From an archaeon (GTDB lineage: Archaea > Thermoplasmatota > Thermoplasmata > WALJ01), in NCBI GenBank assembly GCA_024278375.1, contig JAJRTH010000092.1:6193-70192 (forward strand): a DNA stretch of 64,000 bases, in the 5' to 3' direction. Below, one piece after another: positions 26,310-34,694 of the stretch. How positions within the stretch are numbered: the first letter of the stretch is position 1; every line of letters begins with the position of its first letter. Position numbers and translations under genes: made by a program. The notes beneath the pieces were generated by a model. It was not told the origin of the DNA. It saw only the letters and a list, made by a program, of their open reading frames with translations, and did not search any database.

Positions 26310-26879
26310 GTGAAATCCCACATAAGAGTCCTCGGTATAGACGACGGACCCTTCGATTTCGGTGATGACAGGGCAATTTTCGCAGGAATCCTTATCAGAC
26401 TGCCTTCCTATATGGAAGCGGTTTCACTCGAGACCGTGGAGGTCGACGGCAAGGACTCCACCGAAAGGATATGTGAAATGGTGGTCAGTAACTGATGGCA
26501 ACATCTGTTACATGCGATACTGATAGATGGTGCGGCCCTCGGGGGATTCAACATCGTCGATCTGAAAGCTCTCAGCAAGAAAACAGGGATTCCGTCGATA
26601 ACGGTCACATCCGAGAGACCCGACATGGAATCGATAAAAGAGGCTCTGAAGGGGCATTTCTTCCGGTGGGAAGGGAGATATGCAATGCTTGAAAGGAGGG
26701 GGCTCCACGAGATACGGGTCGAGGAAGGTACGGTATATATTTCGTTCGAGGGCACCGACCTGAAAAATGCCATTGAGATTGTGAGAAAGAGCATAATCAG
26801 GGGTCTTAGGCCGGAACCTGTCCGGATGGCCCATATGGTGGCGAGAGCGTGTGCAGAACTCCGCTCGGAGGGCTTTTAG
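26310..26879 (+). pseudogene. DUF99/UPF0215 (EndoV-like) protein interrupted by an in-frame TGA
   Basis: GTG start, then MKSHIRVLGIDDGPF... The ORF reads ..EMVVSN-TGA-WQHLLHAILIDGAALGGFNIVD.. in one frame, with the stop at 26493-26495. It ends with TAG at 26877-26879. Confidence 0.7.
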
Positions 26880-27382
26880 TGGTGCGTTTGAGACTGGAAA
26901 AGGTGAAACCTGCCGACAGGGAACAGGTTGAGGAGCTCTGCAGCAGAATATGGAACGGGCACGATTACATACCGCAGGTTTTCGATGAATGGGTAAGGGA
27001 GGGAGGATTTTACTGCGGAAAAATCGGAGACAGGATAGTCGCTCTGGATAAGTACACATGGCATAAGAACGGAGTGCTGTGGCTCGAAGGTCTCAGGGTC
27101 CACCCGGATTTCCAGGGAATGGGCATCGGCAGGGAAATGGTCGAGCTCATGTGGGATCTGATAAGCGGGCTTCCGTATTCTTCCCTGAGATTCATGACGT
27201 CAGAGGCCAATGTTGAGAGCATACATCTGGCTGAAAAGAAGGGTTTCAGGATAATGGCTGAATACCATTACCTGACACTTACGGAGGAGGAGCTGAAGGA
27301 GTTCGAGATAAAAGGGGATTTTACGGGAGTGAGGGAGGAAAAGGACCCGGAAAAGGCTTTTGAACCCGTGCGCTCCACGTAA
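26879..27382 (+). CDS. GNAT family N-acetyltransferase (N-terminal domain)
   Basis: GTG start overlapping the upstream TAG. Acetyl-CoA motif VHPDFQGMGIGREM. Ends at TAA 27380-27382. Confidence 0.7.
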   Translation: MVRLRLEKVKPADREQVEELCSRIWNGHDYIPQVFDEWVREGGFYCGKIGDRIVALDKYTWHKNGVLWLEGLRVHPDFQGMGIGREMVELMWDLISGLPYSSLRFMTSEANVESIHLAEKKGFRIMAEYHYLTLTEEELKEFEIKGDFTGVREEKDPEKAFEPVRST

Positions 27383-27460
27383 GAATACGAAGAGAACAGG
27401 AGGCAGTATCTCGCGTACTGGGTCGCCTATGACATCACGGAATCCCTAATCGAACAGGAA

Positions 27461-27745
27461 GTGAATCTTGGAAGGTGCTTGGTGCATGTGAAGAACGGAA
27501 AGGAGGATGCCATAGCCTTCTTCTATCCCTATGAACCCAGGGACACGATGAGCATAGCGTTCATCGGAGGAAATGAGAAAGGAATGGAGGAACTCATAAG
27601 GTTCGGAATCTCGCTAACATCTGAGAAAGGATACGGAAGATTGACGGTGAAGAGCGCCTCGGAGAATGCTATAAAAGCAGCAAAGAGGGCAGGGATGAAG
27701 GAGAGGGAGATAGGAATGGCGATGGTGTGGGAGAAAAAGCGATAG
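27461..27745 (+). CDS. second (GNAT-like) domain ORF, same frame as 26879-27382
   Basis: 94-aa ORF. The 26 codons between the TAA and this ORF are open and protein-like (EYEENRRQYLAYWVAYDITESLIEQE). Confidence 0.45.
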   Translation: MNLGRCLVHVKNGKEDAIAFFYPYEPRDTMSIAFIGGNEKGMEELIRFGISLTSEKGYGRLTVKSASENAIKAAKRAGMKEREIGMAMVWEKKR

Positions 27746-27776
27746 GTCTTTATGGATGCAGAAGGCTCTGAAACCA

Positions 27777-29039
27777 TCAGACTTCCAGAGAGAAGCTCCA
27801 AGCAGGGATTATTTCTATGGTACCGTATTCGGTTTCCACCGTATCTCTGATGTTTTTCGATATCAGAATTCCCCTTTTAACCCCGTACTTCCTCATGAAC
27901 TGCATCAGGCCTTTGAAATCACCTTTCCCTATACTTCCCTGATACTTAACCTCTACTGGAATGGGACCGTCATCGGTTTCCATTATTATATCGACTTCAT
28001 CCTTCCGAGGAGTCCTCCAGAAGAACCTGACAGTATCCACGGTGAAAAAGCACTGCTCGGCCATCTTCCCCATATCAGGCTCCTTTCTCGCAATCATCGA
28101 TAGAGAGGTGTTTGCCAGATACGCCTTCTTCATCTTTCTCTCGCTAACCATGCCGCTCTCAGAGTAGTTGTATCCCAGTTTAAGGAGGTATGCGTCCTGA
28201 AGGTGATGTACATATCTGGAAACCCTCACCCTGCTTATGCTTTCTCCGTTCCCTATGGCCCCCGCAATCGAGGAATAGTCCATGAGCATGCCGGGTTCCG
28301 AGGCCACTATATCCACTATTTTCATCAGAAGATGTGGGTTCTCTATAGAGAATATCAGAGGGATGTCTATGAACACCACTTTCTCGATTATGCTTCTGAC
28401 ATAATCCCGAACCCCATCATCGTCCTCGTTGAGCACCTCTATATACTGCCTTTTCAGGTATCTGTCGAACTCTGCTTCCAGATTCTTCTCGAACATCCCG
28501 GTTTTTTCCAGCATATAATCTTTATCCGTGAAGACCAGATATTCCCTGAAACTCAGGGGGCCCATGTGAAATTCCTTAACACGGCCTGCGAGGCTCTCAC
28601 GGATGCCCTGCCTTATGAAAAGAGATGCTGAGCCCGAGACTGTGAATTTAAGGTTATCATAGGAATCGTAGAAGTACTTTATCTGTTCCTGCCAGCCATC
28701 CAGCTTCTGGATCTCGTCCAGAAATACATAGTGTCTCTGCTTCGACTCCAGAATATCAACCCCGAGCCTGGCCTCATACTCTCTCATCAGCTCTCTTATG
28801 GGCGGTTGCTCCTCGTCGAATGAGAAATAAAGTATGCTGTATCTATCATCTCCTTCCTTTATCAGCTCGTCTATCATCTGCTTCATTATCGTGGTCTTCC
28901 CCACCCTTCTGGTGCCTGTTATGACGGTTATGTGTATGCTTTTCAGGGATTTCCATAGTTCAGGATATATCTCCCTCTTTCTCTCATAGCCGTAGAAATA
29001 CCCTTTTCTCCAGTGGAAATTGTGATATTCAAGGTCCAT
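27777..29039 (-). CDS. AAA+ ATPase, AAA_14 + DUF4143 (COG1373-type)
   Basis: 420 aa. Walker A GTRRVGKTT, Walker B YVFLDEIQ, C-terminal DUF4143-like region. Confidence 0.75.
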   Translation of the reverse strand: MDLEYHNFHWRKGYFYGYERKREIYPELWKSLKSIHITVITGTRRVGKTTIMKQMIDELIKEGDDRYSILYFSFDEEQPPIRELMREYEARLGVDILESKQRHYVFLDEIQKLDGWQEQIKYFYDSYDNLKFTVSGSASLFIRQGIRESLAGRVKEFHMGPLSFREYLVFTDKDYMLEKTGMFEKNLEAEFDRYLKRQYIEVLNEDDDGVRDYVRSIIEKVVFIDIPLIFSIENPHLLMKIVDIVASEPGMLMDYSSIAGAIGNGESISRVRVSRYVHHLQDAYLLKLGYNYSESGMVSERKMKKAYLANTSLSMIARKEPDMGKMAEQCFFTVDTVRFFWRTPRKDEVDIIMETDDGPIPVEVKYQGSIGKGDFKGLMQFMRKYGVKRGILISKNIRDTVETEYGTIEIIPAWSFSLEV

Positions 29040-29058
29040 AATATATCATAAAACCAGC

Positions 29059-29129
29059 ACATATTTAAAGTTTATGTCATGCTCACATAACATATTCTTT
29101 AAGTTTATGTCATGTCGGGATGACATATT
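29059..29129. promoter_or_regulatory. repeat-rich divergent control region
   Basis: ACATATT occurs three times (29059, 29090, 29123). AAGTTTATGTCATG occurs twice (29068-29081, 29101-29114). Inverted repeat ATGTCAT/ATGACAT at 29107-29126. The region lies between divergent starts 29039 (-) and 29305 (+). Confidence 0.55.
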
Positions 29130-29304
29130 GTTAAAAATGGTGTGTGAATAATGCCGGCCGGAGACGGGATTGAGGGATTCGGCGTTTTTAATGGTTTTTA
29201 TTGAAGTTTTCTATACGATGGGAGAGGAAGCAGGAGAAGATTTAAAAATATACTGACTATCGAAGGCTAGGAAACCAGAAAATGTTCAGCATAGGAGATT
29301 AAAC

Positions 29305-30165
29305 ATGGATTATCAACTTATAGTCTCTCCGTGGAAAAACAAGTTCATAGAAACGATAGAGAAGACCAAAAAGGAGATTCTGATATCTTCTCCTTTCGTG
29401 AGTAGAGAAGGTGTGAGTATACTTTCCAAGGCCATCCCTTCAAGAAAATCAGTGAGTATATCGCTTATCACAAACATAAGTCCCAAAAATGTGCTCGGTG
29501 GTTTTACAGACCCGTTTGCTCTGCTCGACCTGTATGAGAATTTCAATCGTGTGAATGTCTCCAGTCTCGGAAGGCTTCATGCGAAGGTATATCTTATAGA
29601 TGATAGAATGGGCATTATAACATCTGCCAATCTCACAGGCGGAGGATTGGTGGGGAACTTTGAGTATGGAATACTAATTGATGATAGGGAAACCGTGCTT
29701 TCAATCAAGAAAGACATGCTAGAATACTACTACCTTGGCAACATATTCGAAAAAGAACTCCTTGAGAAAGTAGGAAAAGAGGCTCTGGAGCTTCAAAAGA
29801 TGAGGGAGTACACGGATGAGCTTTTAAAAGGAACAGAGCTCGAGAGGCTTCTTAAAAGCCATGAAGAAAGGGTAGAGTATGAGATCCTGAAGAATCGTGT
29901 GAAAGACGGAAAAACGATCAACTCAATATTTGCTGAGACAATTCTGTACATCCTCAAAAAGAAAGGGCCTCTGAGTACAAAGGAGATGCATCCGCTAATT
30001 CAGGCCATACATCCGGACATTTGCGATGATTCCATAGACCGGGTGATAAACGGACAACACTTCGGAAAGAAATGGAAGCATTTGGTAAGGGATGCTCAAC
30101 AGTTTCTCAAAAAGAAAGGGCTCATATATTTGAAAGATGGGAAATGGCATCTGGTTGCTAAATAG
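29305..30165 (+). CDS. PLD-family (HKD, Nuc-like) nuclease fused to a C-terminal Mrr_N-like winged helix
   Basis: Single HKD motif HAKVYLIDDRMGIITSANLT. C-terminus ..KKWKHLVRDAQQFLKKKGLIYLKDGKWHLV. RBS TAGGAG. Confidence 0.65.
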   Translation: MDYQLIVSPWKNKFIETIEKTKKEILISSPFVSREGVSILSKAIPSRKSVSISLITNISPKNVLGGFTDPFALLDLYENFNRVNVSSLGRLHAKVYLIDDRMGIITSANLTGGGLVGNFEYGILIDDRETVLSIKKDMLEYYYLGNIFEKELLEKVGKEALELQKMREYTDELLKGTELERLLKSHEERVEYEILKNRVKDGKTINSIFAETILYILKKKGPLSTKEMHPLIQAIHPDICDDSIDRVINGQHFGKKWKHLVRDAQQFLKKKGLIYLKDGKWHLVAK

Positions 30166-30292
30166 TTTTCATTCCGCCCTCATGACCCGCCATAAAGAGC
30201 GCATCCGAGAAGGTCAGAGATGTGGCAATTAAAGAAGGACTGGGGGGGTCCAAGATAGGGAGGCAAGGATATACGAAAAGAAGCGGTAACCC

Positions 30293-30751
30293 TCACTCCT
30301 GGATTTCTTCGGCAAAGCTCCTCATCATTTCCCAGTGACTTCCTTCCCAGTATATCTTGTCGCACCTTTCACAGTACCAGAATCTATCCTGTCTTTCATA
30401 AACTCCTTCGGGCACCCGCCCCCTCACATCTTTCTTCGAAATCTCGACAATTTCCGAATTGCAGAGAGTGCATCTGCTCATGAATCTCTCTTTTTCCGGA
30501 GGATACACGGATATTATCTCCTTCATATCTCTGTCCAGTTCGGCATGCGGGAGATAAATGGCCGAAATCCCTCTCTTTTTTGCCCTGTCAAAGAGCTCCG
30601 TATCCCTTGTGAGCAGCACCCTGTCCTCTTCCTCCGCCTTTGATAGTATTTCGTCATCTTCCATATCTCTGGCATACTCGGTGTCGAATCCCAGAATTCT
30701 AAGCCATTTCGCAACGGTACCCAGCATCTCATCTGCCAGAAACCTTACCAT
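30293..30751 (-). CDS. Mut7-C (DUF82) PIN-like RNase domain protein with zinc ribbon
   Basis: FLADEMLGTVAKWLRILGFD.. and C-terminal CTLCN...CERCDKIYWEGSHW. Confidence 0.75.
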   Translation of the reverse strand: MVRFLADEMLGTVAKWLRILGFDTEYARDMEDDEILSKAEEEDRVLLTRDTELFDRAKKRGISAIYLPHAELDRDMKEIISVYPPEKERFMSRCTLCNSEIVEISKKDVRGRVPEGVYERQDRFWYCERCDKIYWEGSHWEMMRSFAEEIQE

Positions 30752-31379
30752 GCAGTACCTCGTATCTGAGCAAAATTCCGCCTTCCATAGGCTTTGCCTC
30801 GATCCTCATCAGCCTTATGATTTCATCCTGTGATTTTGCACCCTCTCCGTCCGCTATCGTCGGCGAATCCCTCCCGCCTATTACCATGTCTCCGACGAAT
30901 ATGTTCAGTTCATCCGCCATTCCCTCTTTCAGGAAGTTCCAGATGATAGTGCCACCACCTTCCACCATCAGCGCTCCAACACCTCTTTTCTCCAGCTCTC
31001 TGAGGACACAGTCAAGGTCCAGCTTCCCGTCCTTTTCAGGGCACTTTATAAGCTCTGCATTCCCGTATTTCCCATTCTTTATGGCATTGAATATAAGCGT
31101 GGGTGCCATATCGTTAAGAACCTGAGCGCTCTCCGGCGTCCTCAGGCGGGAATCAAGAACAACCCTTATCGGATTCGCTCCATGCGCATACTCCTTTTTA
31201 ACGGTGAGCTTCGGGTCATCGGAAAGTATCGTACCGACTCCAACAAGTATGGCATCCACGGATGCCCTCAACCTGTGAACCCTTGCAATGTCCTCTTCGC
31301 CGGATATTTTCGTCTGTTCTCTGGATGGCAGGGCAATCTTCCCGTCAACGGATGCAGCACAGTTTATTATGACACGCAC
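30729..31379 (-). CDS. 2,5-diamino-6-ribosylamino-4(3H)-pyrimidinone 5'-phosphate reductase (RibD C-terminal type)
   Basis: 216 aa: INCAASVDGKIA..., ILVGVGTILSDDPKLTVK, MVEGGGTI. Confidence 0.8.
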   Translation of the reverse strand: MRVIINCAASVDGKIALPSREQTKISGEEDIARVHRLRASVDAILVGVGTILSDDPKLTVKKEYAHGANPIRVVLDSRLRTPESAQVLNDMAPTLIFNAIKNGKYGNAELIKCPEKDGKLDLDCVLRELEKRGVGALMVEGGGTIIWNFLKEGMADELNIFVGDMVIGGRDSPTIADGEGAKSQDEIIRLMRIEAKPMEGGILLRYEVLHGKVSGR

Positions 31380-31406
31380 AGAGGGAAATGCACCTTAAAT
31401 AAAAGG

Positions 31407-32492
31407 TTATTTCCTGAAATACTCGCTCTCTTCGAAATTCAGGATATTATCGTCCCTGACCCTTTCCTTCCTCGATTTGCTGTAGGCAAAGACCGATATG
31501 GCAGCCGCACCGGTAACGGCGCCGACAACCAGAGACAGTATATTGTCATATGCGAAGTCCGTGATTTCCTTTGCGATCCCCGTCCCGCCGGGCACACCTA
31601 TCACGGGGTCGTGGTACACGGTCACGCCGACGGCGGCCGGATATGACGTATATATGACCAGAGCCCCGTTCTCCTGGGCATAATGGGCGGTTATCTCCAT
31701 GCTCTCTCCGTCCACGGTGGCATATGACTCCCAGAAATAATGGGCCTTTTCACCATCGTTCCCCATGAACATCATCTTCTGCTCTATGTCCGGCGTGTTT
31801 CTGAAATACTCTATGCTGCCAGAAGGCACCGTGGCGCCGGGTGCGATTCTTTTCATGCCACCCGAATCCTGAAGCACATAGCTCTGCGTCTCGGTCGAAC
31901 GGAGGCTCTGCCTGAGCGCTATGGTATCCACACCCGCATCTCTCAGCACCCTTATAGAAATGTCTATTTTCGCCTCATTACCTCCGGTTATGCTGTATTT
32001 CCCTCTTTCCGTATTTATTGCATATGTCCTGTCGGCCACGGTTATCGTGAAAGATACCGAACACCAGTCTCTAAGTATCGGTTGCGGTGCGCCGACACCG
32101 ACCTGTGGAACGGAGGGCATCTGTGTGCCGTCAAGTGTGGCGGATATGATGACCTTCGTGTAGTTCCCCATCACGGGAGACAGCCCCGTCTCAACCTTTC
32201 TTTCCCATACAGCATCCTCGAAAGACGCCCTTATTTTCCACAGCGAACCGAAACCCCCTTCCTCCTCATTGTAACCCAGTATTTCTTCGTAGTCGAGGAA
32301 GAACTTTTCCTCGGGTGAGGAGTAGAAAGTTATTTCCGGGTAGTTCGATAGGAGAACGGTAAGATTGGTGCTGGTTATGAGAAGATTCTGACCCGAATAA
32401 TCCGTGGAAACGGCAGCGGTGCTGACGGAGAGAGGGGCGATGAACAGCATCGTCACCAGAATCGGGAGTAGGGAGCGCACCTTGATCACCAA
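31407..32492 (-). CDS. secreted protein with C-terminal TM anchor, hypothetical
   Basis: Signal-like N-terminus and the C-terminal helix LSLVVGAVTGAAAISVFAY followed by basic residues. Confidence 0.5.
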   Translation of the reverse strand: MVIKVRSLLPILVTMLFIAPLSVSTAAVSTDYSGQNLLITSTNLTVLLSNYPEITFYSSPEEKFFLDYEEILGYNEEEGGFGSLWKIRASFEDAVWERKVETGLSPVMGNYTKVIISATLDGTQMPSVPQVGVGAPQPILRDWCSVSFTITVADRTYAINTERGKYSITGGNEAKIDISIRVLRDAGVDTIALRQSLRSTETQSYVLQDSGGMKRIAPGATVPSGSIEYFRNTPDIEQKMMFMGNDGEKAHYFWESYATVDGESMEITAHYAQENGALVIYTSYPAAVGVTVYHDPVIGVPGGTGIAKEITDFAYDNILSLVVGAVTGAAAISVFAYSKSRKERVRDDNILNFEESEYFRK

Positions 32493-32683
32493 AGATATTA
32501 TGTCATAAAGAGTACTTATAGGATTTGGTGCGATTCTCTAATTATCGGGAGAATATTGTTAGAGAAATGCACAACAGTTAGATGATTGCCCCAAAAAGCT
32601 CTTAAATACCGACCGAAAGGAAATATCAGAACAAAAGAGGTGAGAGGTCGAACGGAAGTTTGACCTCTTCCAAGCAATAAGAG

Positions 32684-33853
32684 GTGATAAAAATGAAAGG
32701 AAAAATCGGAATCGTAATGGCGCTGTCCCTTCTGATGCTCGCACCCGTGGCCCTTGGTTACGGCGCGGACTCTGGACAGACAACACCGCCTATCAACATG
32801 GACCCCTGGGAGCAGTGCATGCAGAACGCAGAGAAAGCATACATGTTCGGAACATTCTCGTACGATGCGGTGACCGGGGATGTTTCCGGAAGGTTCGTCG
32901 AGTTTCAGGTATCCGGAGACGGAGTAATAAACGACTATACGGTAAAGCGCTCTGACTCCTCGATAAAGGTCTTCGACGAGGTCTATCTGGAAGCGTTCAC
33001 GCCGCAGGGAACCCCGAGAGTCGAAGGAGCCATGTTCCAGTACATGGGTACAGAGGCGATGATAATGGCGCACAACAACCCGCCGGCCGTGCTTCACTTC
33101 ACGACCACTGTCGGTGAGGACACCGTGGTTTATGTCCTCGCAGAGGGATTCACGGCAACAAAGCTGCCTGAGAGCTATAATGTGAGGATACAGGGTAATG
33201 GACTCACGGGATACATAATAAATGAGAAGTCTAACATAACCATCGAGAACAACACGGTGACCGTCACCCTACCTGCCGCCTCTCAGTCCCTGTTCAGGGT
33301 CATGCCGGTGGAAAGTGTCGTCGGACAGATGAACCAGGAGAAGATAATGGAGAAGATACAGGAAGGCAAGGTCATCGGAGAGATATCTGTCTCGGCATAC
33401 AGCGGAGAGAAGAGCGCGGACATAATGCAGTACCAGCATCAGGTGCAGGTCCAGCTGCAACTGGCCGAGCAGAACAAACTCCAGATAAAGGTGAGCGCAG
33501 AGTTCCAGGAAGGCAAGTGTGTGATAGTGAACATAGACAAGGAGACCATGAAACTCTCCGAGAACCAGGAGATTGTCGTGAAGCTCGACGGACAGAAGCT
33601 CAGGAAGGAGAGCAACATAGACAATGTCCTCAACGCTAATGATGCGGAGGGCAGATACAACATCGCCGAAGGCACCGACGGATACCAGATATCCGTGTAC
33701 ATACCGCACTTCTCTGACCACACGCTTACAGTGGAACCGGAGAGCAGTACGAGCACCGGAGAGACAACGATGCCCGGCTTCACCGGAGCCGCTGCCGTAT
33801 TGGGAACGCTGGCGGCCATGGGCATAGCAGTGGCTTACAGAAAGAGAAAATAA
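32684..33853 (+). CDS. secreted protein with PGF-CTERM archaeosortase sorting signal
   Basis: Signal peptide, an S/T-rich linker (ESSTSTGETT), then MPGFTGAAAVLGTLAAMGIAVAYRKRK at the C-terminus. Confidence 0.7.
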   Translation: MIKMKGKIGIVMALSLLMLAPVALGYGADSGQTTPPINMDPWEQCMQNAEKAYMFGTFSYDAVTGDVSGRFVEFQVSGDGVINDYTVKRSDSSIKVFDEVYLEAFTPQGTPRVEGAMFQYMGTEAMIMAHNNPPAVLHFTTTVGEDTVVYVLAEGFTATKLPESYNVRIQGNGLTGYIINEKSNITIENNTVTVTLPAASQSLFRVMPVESVVGQMNQEKIMEKIQEGKVIGEISVSAYSGEKSADIMQYQHQVQVQLQLAEQNKLQIKVSAEFQEGKCVIVNIDKETMKLSENQEIVVKLDGQKLRKESNIDNVLNANDAEGRYNIAEGTDGYQISVYIPHFSDHTLTVEPESSTSTGETTMPGFTGAAAVLGTLAAMGIAVAYRKRK

Positions 33854-33915
33854 ACCCCTTCAATCTTTTATTTGTCTGACCCAAAACCTATAAATTTTAC
33901 ATTCTATTACGGGGC

Positions 33916-34170
33916 GTGATGATCTTCAATGTGATGCTGGGATTGCTGCTTCCGATATATATCTTCTTTCTGGGGAGTACTATAGCCGCTTACAGAACTA
34001 CGGGCGATAGGAGGATTCTGCTGGCATCGTTGATTTTCCTGTTTCTCCTGATAAAGAGCATATTTGTTGTATTCCGGCTACTGTCCGGTGAATCTCCCCA
34101 GACTCTTCTTCTACTGATCGATGTCATGGGAATAGTACTCGTTATACTGTTATGGAAGTGGAGAGGATGA
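33916..34170 (+). CDS. small membrane protein
   Basis: 84 aa with 3 hydrophobic helices. Overlaps the following regulator gene. Confidence 0.4.
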   Translation: MMIFNVMLGLLLPIYIFFLGSTIAAYRTTGDRRILLASLIFLFLLIKSIFVVFRLLSGESPQTLLLLIDVMGIVLVILLWKWRG

Positions 34171-34694
34171 AGGAGCTGGAGAGCCGGAGGCGAATATATC
34201 AGTACATATTCGAAAACCCGGGTGTGCATTATCGGGAGATAGCGAGAAACCTCAACATACCCTTCGGCTCTCTGGATTACCATCTCTCGTATCTTTCCAG
34301 GCACGGAATGGTAACGATTCTAAAGGATGGCGGGTACACCAGATACTATGCCCGAAAGGATGTGGACGCAAGAAAGAAGAACATACTTTCGGTGCTGAGA
34401 CACGAACTTCCCAGAGCGATAGTCCTATTTTTGATGAAGAACGGCGGAGCGAGACATAAAGAGATAACGGAGGCCTTCAATGTATCGGGCGCCACGATAT
34501 CTTACCATCTGAAAAGGATGCTTGAAAAAGGCATACTGCTTGTTGAGGGCAGCGGAAGGGAGCACTTCTACACTGTCAGAGACCCCGATATGGTAGCGGA
34601 CGTTCTGATAACATATAGAAGGAGTTTTGGAGACAGACTTGTGGATGCTTTCGTGCGGTCGTGGATTCTCGAAAAGAAAGAAGAAAGGGGTTAG
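34152..34694 (+). CDS. ArsR-type transcriptional regulator with two winged-helix domains
   Basis: Two wHTH segments: YQYIFENPGVHYREIARNLNIPFGSLDYHLSYL and HKEITEAFNVSGATISYHLKRM. Confidence 0.65.
   Translation: MEVERMKELESRRRIYQYIFENPGVHYREIARNLNIPFGSLDYHLSYLSRHGMVTILKDGGYTRYYARKDVDARKKNILSVLRHELPRAIVLFLMKNGGARHKEITEAFNVSGATISYHLKRMLEKGILLVEGSGREHFYTVRDPDMVADVLITYRRSFGDRLVDAFVRSWILEKKEERG

Noticed and set aside
25308-26365. Two long plus-strand ORFs (281 and 259 aa) opposite the coiled-coil gene.
   Set aside because: They are S/F/L-rich mirror images of a K/E-rich purine-biased coding strand. This is a low-complexity artefact.
29059-29129. The possibility that the direct repeats are a tiny CRISPR array.
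   Set aside because: There are only two or three short (7-14 nt) copies within a promoter region, with no regular repeat-spacer structure of 25-40 nt units. No cas genes are present in the window.
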